A DNA stretch of 64,000 nucleotides, taken from contig JAPDJW010000001.1 in the NCBI GenBank assembly GCA_029258885.1, positions 160,001 through 224,000 of the forward strand, in the 5' to 3' direction. Below, piece by piece: positions 11,185 to 21,704 of the stretch. How positions within the stretch are numbered: the stretch's first letter is position 1; every line of letters begins with the position of its first letter. This stretch comes from Thermoproteota archaeon (lineage in GTDB: Archaea; Thermoproteota; Thermoprotei; Thermofilales; B9-G17). The notes under the pieces are model-generated. The model had not been told where the DNA came from and ran no database searches. It saw nothing but the letters and a program-made list of their open reading frames with translations. A program made the position numbers and the translations under genes.

Positions 11185-12162
11185 ATGTCTCATAATATGC
11201 GCGTGAAACAAGCGCTCAATAACGTGGTTAGGGATCTAAAGGGAGAGAAGTTTAAGATAGTTGTAAATACTGATAGGAGAAGTTACTGTTTTAATATAAT
11301 AGCCTATAATGAGGAATATTCGGAAAAAGTGCTTATAGTAAAGTACTTTAAAAACATAGATAGTTGTGATGATTCCGTGGCAAGCGAGCTGATAAAGTTA
11401 GCGTATAGCATCAATGGGGTTCCAGTAGTAATAGGTGAATCTGCAAAAAATGAGAGGTTAATTGACTATGTTATCTACAGAAGGTCAGGAATAATAGCGT
11501 TATCTCCAAAAACTTTCAATGCATTAATAAGTAATGAGAGGGAAATACCACACGTGTACGCCTATAGGGGTGGTTTATATGTTAAGATAAACGGAGAAAA
11601 GCTAAGGAAGGCACGTGAGAAGGCTGGTTTTTCTAGAGGAGAATTAGCCGAGAAAGTTGGGGTTTCACGTAAAACAATTTATAGCTATGAGAATGACGAG
11701 ATGGATGCAACGCTTGATGTAGCGATAAAGCTAGAGGAGGTTTTAAACGAGCCTTTAGTCGAAGTTTTTCATTTAACTGAATGTTTTAAAGTACCATTAG
11801 CAAAAATAGATATGGGTACACAGGTTAGTGATCCATTATTAAATAAGCTAATGTTGATAATGAAGAGCCTTGGTTTCAAGTTTGTTAGGCTTAAAAGAAT
11901 GCCATTTGAAGTAGCCGGAAGAAACGATAGAAATCGTACAAAACTTTTAATAAAAAGCTATAAGAGGAGGAACAGGGATATGAGAGATCTAAGAATATCG
12001 CTAAAGATAGCCGAGGTACTTGGATCAAATATAATTGTGTTAGCTGAAAACCAAAGGGTTAAAAGAGAGCTAGAATTTGAAAAATCACTAGTAATAACGC
12101 CTAATGAGCTAAGGGATATGGAGAAAAATCCTGATTCTTTCATGGACGAGATAGCTCGATGA
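11185..12162 (+). CDS. Archaeal HTH transcriptional regulator (COG1395-like)
   Basis: Central HTH (LRKAREKAGFSRGELAEKVGVSRKTIYSYE) preceded by YAYRGGLYVKINGE. Confidence 0.85.
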   Translation: MSHNMRVKQALNNVVRDLKGEKFKIVVNTDRRSYCFNIIAYNEEYSEKVLIVKYFKNIDSCDDSVASELIKLAYSINGVPVVIGESAKNERLIDYVIYRRSGIIALSPKTFNALISNEREIPHVYAYRGGLYVKINGEKLRKAREKAGFSRGELAEKVGVSRKTIYSYENDEMDATLDVAIKLEEVLNEPLVEVFHLTECFKVPLAKIDMGTQVSDPLLNKLMLIMKSLGFKFVRLKRMPFEVAGRNDRNRTKLLIKSYKRRNRDMRDLRISLKIAEVLGSNIIVLAENQRVKRELEFEKSLVITPNELRDMEKNPDSFMDEIAR

Positions 12163-13370
12163 ATACCTATAGCTTAAAAAGTGTTAGGGAAGGAAGAGCA
12201 AGTATATTTGTAGTTGACATAAAGAGCTTAGGCTTACATCATCCATGTAGATCGCCAGTCTTCTATAACCCAAATATGGAGCTTTCAAGGAACATAGACG
12301 TAGCCGTGTTGCGGGCAATATTAGATAATCTAAACTTTAACTTGAGGAATTTAGTAGACTTAACGGCGGGAACTGGTATACGCGGGATTAGATACGCTTT
12401 AGAAAGTATCCCCTATGAATTGAAAGATTATCTGAAGCTTTTCTTTGTAGATAAGAATAAGTTAGCTTGCTCAATCTTAAGGAGAAACATTGAAAGAAAT
12501 GGTTTATCTAAAATATCTATGGTATTGAACGAGGATTCTAGACTAGCTATTCTAAAGATCAGATATGAACTCAATATACACCCGTGTATAATAGATATCG
12601 ATCCCTTCGGAACGCCTGTGCCCTTCATGGACTGTGCTTTTCTAGCCTTACGTAATGAAGGAATTTTAATGATTACTGCAACGGACATGGCTCCTCTCCA
12701 GGGTATACATCCAAAAGCATGCATCAGAAAGTACTTTTCCAAGCCATTAAAGGTACGATTCTCCAGGGAGATAGCTGTAAGGATACTGCTCGGATATATA
12801 GCGCGCGAAGGAGCAAAATACGGCATTTCAATAGAACCCCTATATACTTACTCTCAAAAACATTTCATCAGAATAATAGTTAGAGTAAAACATGGAATTA
12901 AATTATGTAATAATTTACTGGATAAAAGCATTGGCTATCTATACTACTGTAGTAAATGCGGGAACAAATTTATGGATAATGCATTATATCCTAATGTTGA
13001 GAGAATATGTAATGTATGTGGCAGTAAACTTAAAGTAGCCGGGCCTCTGTGGACAGATCTTCTATGGAATGTTCAACTAGCAAAAAATGTGCCGAAAAGC
13101 TATAGAGAGCTTAAGCATTTCTTCACGAAATTTGTTAAAGAGGGAGAGAATATAGTAGCTACGATAGCCGATGAAGCGCTAATAAATAGTCCCTTTCATG
13201 CTACAGATGAGCTAGCCAGTATCCATAAGGTTAGAGAGTTCTCCCCCAAAAAAGCGGTAGAGATGCTAAGGGATTCCGGATTTCAAGCATCACTTACGCA
13301 TTTTTCTCCCAAAGGATTTAGAACAAATGCTGGAATAAATAATATAATTCGCATTATTCGAAGTCTCTAA
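12159..13370 (+). CDS. trm1: tRNA (guanine-26-N2)-dimethyltransferase
   Basis: PVFYNP, GTGIRGIRY, IDIDPFGTP, TATD, CxxC zinc motif and THF.P.GFRT. Confidence 0.93.
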   Translation: MNTYSLKSVREGRASIFVVDIKSLGLHHPCRSPVFYNPNMELSRNIDVAVLRAILDNLNFNLRNLVDLTAGTGIRGIRYALESIPYELKDYLKLFFVDKNKLACSILRRNIERNGLSKISMVLNEDSRLAILKIRYELNIHPCIIDIDPFGTPVPFMDCAFLALRNEGILMITATDMAPLQGIHPKACIRKYFSKPLKVRFSREIAVRILLGYIAREGAKYGISIEPLYTYSQKHFIRIIVRVKHGIKLCNNLLDKSIGYLYYCSKCGNKFMDNALYPNVERICNVCGSKLKVAGPLWTDLLWNVQLAKNVPKSYRELKHFFTKFVKEGENIVATIADEALINSPFHATDELASIHKVREFSPKKAVEMLRDSGFQASLTHFSPKGFRTNAGINNIIRIIRSL

Positions 13371-14418
13371 TTTCATTCCAGTCTATTTTAACAGCTTCAT
13401 TTCTTTTGCTGGATTCAAGGGCTGAAATTACACATTTTAACGCTATATATCCGTCCAATGCCGATACTAAGGGCCTTTTTCTCTGACGTATAGAGTTTAT
13501 AAAATCTTTTACCTCGAGTTTTAAAGGCTCAGAAGCATGCGACGTTAAAAGCCTTCTCTCCATATAATCTGCTGATCTATATGCTGAAAGTATTTCGGAG
13601 TAATCCTCCAAAGACCTATGTTCAGCAACACCTTTCTCGACAGATATTACCTGGAGAATATAGTCTAATCGTATTATCGAATTCCTTGTCTGTATAAACA
13701 GCTCTCTCTTCTTAAGGGTGGAGGATGTTCTCCAGCTAGCCCTAAGATTTGCAGTTATCGTCTCCTCTGCATCATATGAAAATATTGCAAATATTTCAGT
13801 TTCATAGGGGAAACTTTCCGTATACACAGTTAGCGACCATACTCTGCTAGGCAACGCCTTAAGCAAATAGCATACTACATCCACATCGTGGATAAGCAGA
13901 TCATGAGCAACGCCAAGATTATCTGTTTTACCGGGATAAGGTCCAGGTCCTATTCTCTGGGTAGACACATATAGGGGGTTATCCCCTTCTCCCCTTAAGC
14001 TTTCAATATATTTCTTAAGGGCTATGACGGCGGGATTAAATCTCTCGATATGGCCTACGGCTACTATTCGCTCCAGTTTCTCAGTTTCTCTAACTATCTC
14101 CCATGCTTCTTTAATAGAGCTAGCTATAGGCTTTTCTATCAGGAGGTCAACATAGGGTAGCAATTCCATCGAAACCCTATGGTGATAAACCGTAGGAACG
14201 GCAACTACAGCTGCATCTATGCTATTCTTTCTAATAGTAGCTACCGCGTCATCACCGTAGCCATCAGCACCATACTTTAAGGCTATTTCCCGTGCTCTAG
14301 AAATATTCTTATCACACACATAAAACTCATCTATAACTCCCTCTCCCTTAAGCTCGCTAAATACTCTAGCGTAATTCTTGCCCCATCTACCTACGCCTAC
14401 AACACATATTTTCATCAT
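13354..14418 (-). CDS. Gfo/Idh/MocA family NAD-dependent oxidoreductase
   Basis: VVGVGRWG, EKP, VGHIERFNPA and DLLIHD motifs. Confidence 0.88.
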   Translation of the reverse strand: MMKICVVGVGRWGKNYARVFSELKGEGVIDEFYVCDKNISRAREIALKYGADGYGDDAVATIRKNSIDAAVVAVPTVYHHRVSMELLPYVDLLIEKPIASSIKEAWEIVRETEKLERIVAVGHIERFNPAVIALKKYIESLRGEGDNPLYVSTQRIGPGPYPGKTDNLGVAHDLLIHDVDVVCYLLKALPSRVWSLTVYTESFPYETEIFAIFSYDAEETITANLRASWRTSSTLKKRELFIQTRNSIIRLDYILQVISVEKGVAEHRSLEDYSEILSAYRSADYMERRLLTSHASEPLKLEVKDFINSIRQRKRPLVSALDGYIALKCVISALESSKRNEAVKIDWNEIRDFE

Positions 14419-14501
14419 CTATCGCCATATACCAATCGATCTATCACTTTATTATAGTTTCCCAAAAGTATTATTAACCGAAACGAGTTAGACTCTACGT
14501 T

Positions 14502-15053
14502 ATGACGAAACTGCTAATACTTATAACTGGTATGCCGGGCAGTGGAAAGAGCGTAGTAGCAGACGTGTTTAGAAAGAAGGGAGTAAGAATAGTATCAATG
14601 GGAGATATAGTTAGGGATTTATTGAAAAAAGAGCATGAGAAAGGAAGCAGAATATCATTAACTGACTTCTCAGTTAAGCTGAGGGAAAGGCATGGAGAGG
14701 ATATTATCGCCAAGCTGACCTCCAAGGCCATAGAACAGTATCCTGATAAGATAATTGTAGTGGACGGCGTTAGGAGTCTAGTAGAAGTTGAGGTCTTCAG
14801 GGAAAAGTATGATGTAAAGATACTTGCGGTGCACGCCCCACCTCAGGAAAGGTTCAAGAGATTAAGAGAGCGAAAGAGAAGAGACGACCCAAAAACATTT
14901 GAAGAGTTTAAGCATAGGGATTTAAATGAACTTGCATTAGGAGTAGGCAATGTTATTGCTTTAGCCGATATCATGATTGTCAACTACAAGAAAAGCCTAA
15001 CTGAATTTATCCAGGAGATAGAGAATGTATTGAAGGAGGAGGTCGGTATATAG
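14502..15053 (+). CDS. Archaeal dephospho-CoA kinase-like P-loop kinase (UPF0200)
   Basis: TGMPGSGKS, VSMGDIVR, DGVRS and RD..EL.LG motifs. Confidence 0.85.
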   Translation: MTKLLILITGMPGSGKSVVADVFRKKGVRIVSMGDIVRDLLKKEHEKGSRISLTDFSVKLRERHGEDIIAKLTSKAIEQYPDKIIVVDGVRSLVEVEVFREKYDVKILAVHAPPQERFKRLRERKRRDDPKTFEEFKHRDLNELALGVGNVIALADIMIVNYKKSLTEFIQEIENVLKEEVGI

Positions 15054-15490
15054 TGGAAGTTGAAGTTAGAACTTTCGTGACCGTTACAGAAAGCCTAGAA
15101 AAAGTGAAGAGAGCGGTATTCAACGTTTTTACACCAGATACCGTCAAGTTAGAGGAGATAGATGATACTAGGGCGGAGCTGATATGCTATGGTAGGGGAC
15201 CTGAGTGCCTGAAGAAGCTATACTCCGCGTTAAGGAGGCAAAGAATTCTTGATGCAGCACGAAACTACATTTATAGAGGGGTCGCGGGGGACACTATTGT
15301 ATTCTATTTAAATAAGCAGGCGGCATACGTAGGAGTAGTATCTTTCTGTAGCTTTCCCGACAGGGAGAGCCCTAAAGGAGCAATAACTTTCATTGTTAAG
15401 TCAAGCGATGTAAAGGGTTTTATAAATTGGTTAGCGCCCAGAACTTTTAAGGGAAAGCCTATTAAAGAGTATCCTCCACCCGATCCCTAA
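15053..15490 (+). CDS. UPF0201 RNA-binding (RL5-like) protein
   Basis: TESLEKV, QRILDAAR and LNKQAAYVG motifs; usual neighbour of UPF0200. Confidence 0.88.
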   Translation: MEVEVRTFVTVTESLEKVKRAVFNVFTPDTVKLEEIDDTRAELICYGRGPECLKKLYSALRRQRILDAARNYIYRGVAGDTIVFYLNKQAAYVGVVSFCSFPDRESPKGAITFIVKSSDVKGFINWLAPRTFKGKPIKEYPPPDP

Positions 15491-16401
15491 TCCTCATATC
15501 TCAGTACCTTAATGCTATTATCTATCGCTACAAACGTATTTGGAAACACGGCTTTAGCTTCCATTAAAATTTTTTCATTATCCGTAATCCTAGGGCTAAT
15601 ATGAAACAATGCTAATTCTTTAGAATGCGACTTTAAAGCTACCTCTGCTGCTTGACGAGCTGTTGAATGAAGCGATTCCTCAGCTTCCTCCCTATACTCT
15701 TCTGTAAACGTAGAATCGTGTATTAGTAGCGTTGAACCGTAGGCTAGTTTAACTATCTCGCTACAAGGAGCGGTATCACCCGTATATGTTACTTTAAGCC
15801 CTTTTCTAGGCGGACCTAAGACATCCTCGGGATAGACGCGCCTACCATTTGGCAAGTCCACGTAATATCCTATTTGCAGTTTCTTCCACAAGGGTCCTTT
15901 CGGAATTCCTAAAGCTAAAGCCTTTTCTACATTAAATCGTCCTGGTCTATCCTTTTCTACAAGGGAATAAGCTAGTGTAGGCACGGAGTGCTTGGCCCAT
16001 GTGCATATAACATAGTATTCTCTCTTCTCAAATATGCATCCTGGAGTAACCTCCTTTACAACAACTTCATACTGTAAGTTCGTGTACGTATTTTCAAGTA
16101 TCGATTCGATGAAGCTTTTAATGGGCTTTGGTCCATATATTTCGATCGGAAGGCTTCTACCTAGAAGGGAGAAAGTGGATAATAGTCCAGGTAGCCCGAA
16201 GACATGGTCTCCATGCAGATGTGTTATAAATACATATGTGGGCTTATTAACACCAATATGATTAAGTAGGAACCTCTTCTGCATGCATTCTCCACAGTCA
16301 AATATGAAGATTTCACCTTTTCTCCTTATTACGATAGAGGGTAGATTCCTATCTCTTGATGGCACGCTGCCTCCAGTACCTAGGAAAAATATTTCCATCA
16401 T
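15487..16401 (-). CDS. rnz: Ribonuclease Z
   Basis: FLGTGGSVP, DCGE, THLHGDH, YTGDT, HST and LFHISPR motifs. Confidence 0.95.
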   Translation of the reverse strand: MMEIFFLGTGGSVPSRDRNLPSIVIRRKGEIFIFDCGECMQKRFLLNHIGVNKPTYVFITHLHGDHVFGLPGLLSTFSLLGRSLPIEIYGPKPIKSFIESILENTYTNLQYEVVVKEVTPGCIFEKREYYVICTWAKHSVPTLAYSLVEKDRPGRFNVEKALALGIPKGPLWKKLQIGYYVDLPNGRRVYPEDVLGPPRKGLKVTYTGDTAPCSEIVKLAYGSTLLIHDSTFTEEYREEAEESLHSTARQAAEVALKSHSKELALFHISPRITDNEKILMEAKAVFPNTFVAIDNSIKVLRYED

Positions 16402-17435
16402 ACTTCTGCCACCACTATCTTCCGGGTCAGTGACCTATGGACTCGTATTAGGTGTTTTTCCAATATTTTTAAATTGTTTCTAGCAATTATTTGCTCTATA
16501 TTAATTCTACTATCCACCATAATAACTGCTCTGCCTCCTTTACGTAGGGCTCTAGCAATTCTTGCTACGAATTTCTCCATAAGTTTATCTAGATCTTTTC
16601 CTTTGGTAGTCGATAATCTTCCATATGGAGTATCAGTAACTATATAATCTATGCTTTTCTCCCTAAATACAAGCTTTTCTGAGTCACTAACAATTAGATT
16701 AGATGAACTCCATATGTTAAAATGCTTTAAATTAAGCTTGGCACCATGTGCCATCTCGCTTAAAACATCACATCCCACTACATGATAGCCTAAAAGTGCG
16801 GCTTCTATCAGAATTCCGCCAGCACCACAAAATGGGTCCACTATAATGCTTCCTCTACGGGCTCTGGATAGATTGACAAGGGCTTTCGCTAATACTGGAT
16901 GAAGGGTGCTGGGATGAAAGAAGGGTCTTTTAGAAGGTCTTCTCTTCTCAAAAATTCTTCTCCTTATTCTGAAACTCTCTACTCCTAGTACACTAGCTTC
17001 AGGGGATATGATAACGTTAAAGCGGATATCCGGCTTTTCCAAGTCTACATGTAAATTCGTTTTCTTTACGATTATAGCGCCTATTTTTCTTTCAATGGAG
17101 ACGCTATTCACTGGTATTTCCTTGCCTCCAAGCTTATCAACTCTTACGCAGAACGTTTTATCCGAAGGAAGATCTTCCAGAATAAATTTTTTCCTTAAAT
17201 CGTCTATGAGAGTGTTTATATTGTTTGCATAATGTAGTACGTATCCTCCATATTTAACGTATGCAGAACGCTTTTTTACGCTCTCTAGGGTCCTTGGCTC
17301 GCTTTTTAATACAAGCAGTCCCGGATAATTGAGAGTTATCTCATAGCTGCAACCTTCACTTTCGAGGATAGCAAGTACTTCAGATATGGGCAAGGTTCTA
17401 TGTTCCATCGATAGCCTGAAAAATAGTTTTTTCAT
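16398..17435 (-). CDS. trm11: tRNA (guanine-10-N2)-methyltransferase (THUMP + MTase)
   Basis: RPFFHPSTL, VNLS, DPFCGAGGILIEA and TDTPYGR motifs. Confidence 0.88.
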   Translation of the reverse strand: MKKLFFRLSMEHRTLPISEVLAILESEGCSYEITLNYPGLLVLKSEPRTLESVKKRSAYVKYGGYVLHYANNINTLIDDLRKKFILEDLPSDKTFCVRVDKLGGKEIPVNSVSIERKIGAIIVKKTNLHVDLEKPDIRFNVIISPEASVLGVESFRIRRRIFEKRRPSKRPFFHPSTLHPVLAKALVNLSRARRGSIIVDPFCGAGGILIEAALLGYHVVGCDVLSEMAHGAKLNLKHFNIWSSSNLIVSDSEKLVFREKSIDYIVTDTPYGRLSTTKGKDLDKLMEKFVARIARALRKGGRAVIMVDSRINIEQIIARNNLKILEKHLIRVHRSLTRKIVVAEV

Positions 17436-17464
17436 AAATACACCGGGAGAGTAGTCCTTGAAAT

Positions 17465-18562
17465 CTACGTGAGTATGGTGATTTTTTCTCTCAACGCTAA
17501 AAATCCTGCGACAAGCATTGATATAAGCACTGAGATGAACATCCAGTATATCAAGTATAATATGTTTCCCATACCTAAAATAACTCTAAATATCTCAATT
17601 GTTGCTTCTCTGAATGGTATTATGAAGGATAAAGCTATTAGTGATTTCCAGTCTAGACGCTTGTACTGGATTATATTATCCGCTATTCGCCCCGCTAGTA
17701 TAAAGAGGACACCTAGTATGGTTATGTCCGCTAAGGTAAGTAATCCTCCTATAGAAGTAAGCATAATTTCCGATATTAGTTCTATAATGTTTGTTCTTGA
17801 AAATTTGCCTAAGGAGTAGGTGATAATTGTGCCTGTTAGAATTAGGGTAATTCCAGTAAGCATGGATATGAATGTTATGGGGTATTGCGAGTAGGCTTCC
17901 TTTATTTTTTCATCTAATGCAAATCCCTTATATACGAATGCAAGCCCCAAAAACATGGGAATTATATGCCAGAAATAACTTGAAATACCCAGAACTGATA
18001 AGAAAGCCTGAATAAACATTAAAATGCCCGGAATCCCTAAAGAGTATTTTCGATACTTTGGCTCGGTAAAAAGCTTCTTAAGATAACCTGTCACTAGAAC
18101 AAACGATTCCTCGATCCCCCTAGACTGTTGTACTACAACTCTTCTAACGGAAATTACAGGTAACCTAGATTGAATCAGGGGAATTACTTGTTCGTCTGTG
18201 GGGCCATCGGAAATCAGCACTACAGCTTCGGCAGAAAATTTACCGAGCACTTTATCAAGTTCAGATAGTATTTTCATATCGGCTTCAATTCCTTCTTCCG
18301 GGGTTCCAGCTATAACGGCTATCTCACAATTTTCTGGTCCTACAACTTTTCTAATCCTATCGAATTGCTGTATTGCGGCAAATAAAGCATTTGAATCGGA
18401 GTCCTCAGGTCTTTGAATGGCGAACTTTATAGCTGATTTAAGCACGGCATCACGCCCTACTATAGGGGTTTCAACACGAGTATACTCACCTATATCATCG
18501 TCTCTATCCACACAGAGTATAAGCAATCTCTTGGGTATTTTTCGCTCATTATCTTCGCTCAT
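17465..18562 (-). CDS. DUF373 family membrane protein
   Basis: LILCVDRDDDIG, DSDSNALF, SDGPTDE and VVQQS motifs; C-terminal TM helices. Confidence 0.88.
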   Translation of the reverse strand: MSEDNERKIPKRLLILCVDRDDDIGEYTRVETPIVGRDAVLKSAIKFAIQRPEDSDSNALFAAIQQFDRIRKVVGPENCEIAVIAGTPEEGIEADMKILSELDKVLGKFSAEAVVLISDGPTDEQVIPLIQSRLPVISVRRVVVQQSRGIEESFVLVTGYLKKLFTEPKYRKYSLGIPGILMFIQAFLSVLGISSYFWHIIPMFLGLAFVYKGFALDEKIKEAYSQYPITFISMLTGITLILTGTIITYSLGKFSRTNIIELISEIMLTSIGGLLTLADITILGVLFILAGRIADNIIQYKRLDWKSLIALSFIIPFREATIEIFRVILGMGNILYLIYWMFISVLISMLVAGFLALREKITILT

Positions 18563-18648
18563 ACCTTTCCCAAGCCGCAGAATTATAACCGATGACGATT
18601 AGTAAGTTTAATAAATTTACTATTAAAGGTTTTGTTTCTAGATAAATG

Positions 18649-19593
18649 CTATTTTTTCTCGATAAAATCGAATTCCATTAGTAGCTTGAATTCTTCAAGC
18701 GTAAGTTTCTCGCCGCGTTTGTACTTTTCGTATACCTCCTCAGCTTTGCTTCTGAGTTTTCTTTTCCTCTCTTCAACCAACTTAGCCAGTTGTTCCGCCT
18801 TAGCTAGAAATGCTAGTCGACTGATTTCGTCCTTAATATCCTTAATCTTTGTCGCTAGCTCTATGTACTTCTTATGATGTTCATCGGCCTTGCTCTTATG
18901 GTTATTTTTCTCGTTTTCAAGCTCTTCTATCCTCTTCAAAACGTCGTTAAGGATCTCCCTCTTTTCGTTCAGTTTTTCCTTAACATCCTTATAATTGTTG
19001 AACACTTCCTCTATTTTTTCCTTAAGCTCATTAAGTCTCGTGTTAATTTCCTCTATCTTATTCCTAATTTCCTCTAATTCATTTTCCCTGCTTTCTAGCG
19101 TTTCTAATTTAGCTAGTAGGAGTTCAAGCTGATTTATTCTGTCGACATATTGTTGTTCTACTTCGAGTGGCAGCGATCGAGTTTGGTACTCCCACTCTAA
19201 TCTTTCTATTTCCTCCTTTATCAGATCTTTCTGAAGCTTCTTCCTGCGTTTTGCACCGAGTCTTTCACGTATCTTCTTAATCTCAGAAATTATGTTTCTC
19301 CTTCTAGCTATAAGCTCGCTTTTCATCTCTCTAAGTTTTCTCCTTTTCTCCCTAAGTTTACGTAGCTCTTCAAGCAAGGCATTTTTCTTTTCCCTCATCT
19401 CCCTAACTTCTTCTCTTATTTTCTTAGCATTCTGATTCAATTCCTTTAGCTCGGAAACAATTAACCTAACTTTAGTATTGTATTCGTCCCTTAAGCTCCT
19501 TTCTGCATATGCCTGTTCCTGGAGCTTAAGCAGTTCCTGTTTAAGCTTATTTATTGCCTCTACATATCCATTTGGAGCCATCCTCTCACTCAA
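18649..19593 (-). CDS. Archaeal long coiled-coil protein (COG1340-like)
   Basis: Continuous E/K/R heptads, YQT..L..E.E motif and C-terminal YKRGEKLTLEEF. Confidence 0.85.
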   Translation of the reverse strand: MSERMAPNGYVEAINKLKQELLKLQEQAYAERSLRDEYNTKVRLIVSELKELNQNAKKIREEVREMREKKNALLEELRKLREKRRKLREMKSELIARRRNIISEIKKIRERLGAKRRKKLQKDLIKEEIERLEWEYQTRSLPLEVEQQYVDRINQLELLLAKLETLESRENELEEIRNKIEEINTRLNELKEKIEEVFNNYKDVKEKLNEKREILNDVLKRIEELENEKNNHKSKADEHHKKYIELATKIKDIKDEISRLAFLAKAEQLAKLVEERKRKLRSKAEEVYEKYKRGEKLTLEEFKLLMEFDFIEKK

Positions 19594-20284
19594 GTATTAT
19601 CCTTGCATCAACAACTTTAGCGCCATGAGAGTAAACAAATATAGGATTTAAATCTATTTGTTCTATCTCCTTAATTTCCCCAACCATTTCCGATACTTTG
19701 GTAATGATATCTACAATTGTGTCGATATCTACTTTCTCATGACCCCTATACCCATAAAGCAGAGGCTTCGCCTTAATTTCGTTAATCATCTCTCTAGCCT
19801 CATTCTCGTTAACCGGCGCTACCCTAAATGAAACATCTTTAATAACTTCTACAAATATCCCGCCTAAACCGAACATTAACACATGGCCGAAGTTGGGATC
19901 CTTTATACACCCAACAATTACCTCTAAACCCTTAGGCGCCTGCTTCTGAATAGTAACTCCTATAATTCTCGCATTAGGCACATATTTCTTAGCATTACTA
20001 ATTACTTTTCTATATGCTTCGATAACTTCTTCTACGGAGGTGATGTTTAGGATAACTCCGCCTACATCACTCTTATGAATAATATCGGGTGATAGTATTT
20101 TCATAACGAGAGGAAAGCCTATTTTCTTTGATATCTCAACCGCTTCATCCAAAGTTTTGGCTACATAAGCTTTAGTCGCAGGTATACCGTATAGTAGACA
20201 CAAGTCTTTGGATTCATTCTCCATCAGAACCTTCCTACCCTCTCTTCTTGCCTTATCAATTATAGTCTTAGCCTCTTTTTTCAT
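19586..20284 (-). CDS. ADP-forming acyl-CoA synthetase beta subunit (ATP-grasp)
   Basis: KILSPDIIHKSDVGGV, FGLGGIFVE and DLNPI motifs. Confidence 0.92.
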   Translation of the reverse strand: MKKEAKTIIDKARREGRKVLMENESKDLCLLYGIPATKAYVAKTLDEAVEISKKIGFPLVMKILSPDIIHKSDVGGVILNITSVEEVIEAYRKVISNAKKYVPNARIIGVTIQKQAPKGLEVIVGCIKDPNFGHVLMFGLGGIFVEVIKDVSFRVAPVNENEAREMINEIKAKPLLYGYRGHEKVDIDTIVDIITKVSEMVGEIKEIEQIDLNPIFVYSHGAKVVDARIILE

Positions 20285-20292
20285 GGAGGTCC

Positions 20293-21060
20293 CTAGGGCA
20301 ACACTATGTAATCTTCACCACCTAAATATATTTGTTGCAATACAGTATAGAGTGTGTCGATTCCCGCTCCTGTCTTTGCCGATACAAGCAATACATTGAA
20401 GATGTCTAGATACTCTTTTATTGTCTCATATATATTCGTCGATAGCTCAAGTTTAGTTCCGAATAGTTCCTTTCTTAATTCATCGTGTAACTCCTCCGGG
20501 TTATCAATCCATCCGAGAATTTTTTCGAGATACTTTCCGTTTATGAAGTCGATTTTATTTAGGACGTTTATCATAGGTTTATGAAAGCGATAGAACACGG
20601 ATGCTGATAGAAGTAAGGATGAAACAAACGAACTTGCACGAAGAGCTACAACCGCATCTAATATAAAAATAATGCATGAACGTTTCTCGCTCAGTTGTGA
20701 TATCAGATATTCTCCGATATCTCTAAAGACAAATAGCTCCATTTGACCCGGAGTATCGAAAATTACATAGCCTGAACCTGAGGAGAGTACTTCTTCCCTT
20801 ATTTTCTCGATTTGAGTAGCCATATAATCAACAGATGCTATAATTGCGCCATTAGGTCCTAATCCATATTTCTCCATAAAGAAATCGGCTCTAACCCACT
20901 CCCTTACGTCAACATCGGGTTCGTAGGGGAGTTTCTCTACCGCTGGATCTAAGTTAACCCTAACTACATCTATGTCATGAGCTAACAGCCATTGAGATAG
21001 GCTATGAGTTAAAGTTGACTTACCCGAACCAGCTGGACCGATAATAAAAACATTGAACAA
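20293..21060 (-). CDS. GPN-loop GTPase
   Basis: GPAGSGKS, VNLDPA, GLGPNG, DTPGQMELF and NKID motifs. Confidence 0.93.
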   Translation of the reverse strand: MFNVFIIGPAGSGKSTLTHSLSQWLLAHDIDVVRVNLDPAVEKLPYEPDVDVREWVRADFFMEKYGLGPNGAIIASVDYMATQIEKIREEVLSSGSGYVIFDTPGQMELFVFRDIGEYLISQLSEKRSCIIFILDAVVALRASSFVSSLLLSASVFYRFHKPMINVLNKIDFINGKYLEKILGWIDNPEELHDELRKELFGTKLELSTNIYETIKEYLDIFNVLLVSAKTGAGIDTLYTVLQQIYLGGEDYIVLP

Positions 21061-21072
21061 GATAGCCTACCC

Positions 21073-21273
21073 TTACTTTTTCCTTGAAAGCCACCAAGCC
21101 AAATACTCCCGTGCTTTATCCTCCTTTTCCTCCTCATCTCTTCCCTTAAACTTGGAAGATTTAATTCTGCTCCACTCTTCTCGGGTTAATGAAAAACCGC
21201 AATTTTTACACACATACATAGAGCGCCTATGATCATATTTCATTATAGATCCACAGTCAGGGCAAACGGGCAT
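21073..21273 (-). CDS. Small zinc-ribbon protein
   Basis: CPDCG...YVCKNCG and C-terminal YLAWWL; co-oriented with the GPN gene. Confidence 0.8.
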   Translation of the reverse strand: MPVCPDCGSIMKYDHRRSMYVCKNCGFSLTREEWSRIKSSKFKGRDEEEKEDKAREYLAWWLSRKK

Positions 21274-21284
21274 GTGTATCCCTT

Positions 21285-21692
21285 TTATTCTTTTTCTTTC
21301 TCTTCGCTTAATAGTTTTCGCTTATCGTAGGCCCGCAGAACCTCTACGGCAAATATCGCATCGTTATGATCTATTTGATCCTGCAGGGATTTGTAGCCAT
21401 TTTTCTCTAACTCTCTTATAACTTCATCTATCTTCTTTCCTCTCCTGATTTCTATTTCTTTTATTAATTTTTCAAACGTTTCTCGTTTAAATTCTCCATA
21501 GTCCTCCTCGCATGGAAGCTTAATACCGAACTTTTTTGAAAGTATGCTCATGATAATGCACGTCTCTGGATCCCGCCTTTCAGGACATACGTATTCACAG
21601 TGAGCTAATGCATACCTAAACAGTTTCTCCAGGTCGCTTAAAAGCGTTGTAATAACTTTGTCGGGCATTAGACTCCCCATCCCTACATCCAA
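21285..21692 (-). CDS. Hypothetical protein with Cys/His cluster
   Basis: HCEYVCP...C...C motif, normal codon style, in a co-oriented gene string. Confidence 0.7.
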   Translation of the reverse strand: MDVGMGSLMPDKVITTLLSDLEKLFRYALAHCEYVCPERRDPETCIIMSILSKKFGIKLPCEEDYGEFKRETFEKLIKEIEIRRGKKIDEVIRELEKNGYKSLQDQIDHNDAIFAVEVLRAYDKRKLLSEEKEKE

Positions 21693-21704
21693 TACAGAAG
21701 ACTA

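Noticed and set aside
18649-19593. SMC/Rad50-like or cytoskeletal protein
   Set aside because: No Walker motifs or zinc hook. It matches the common archaeal coiled-coil family found next to DUF373.
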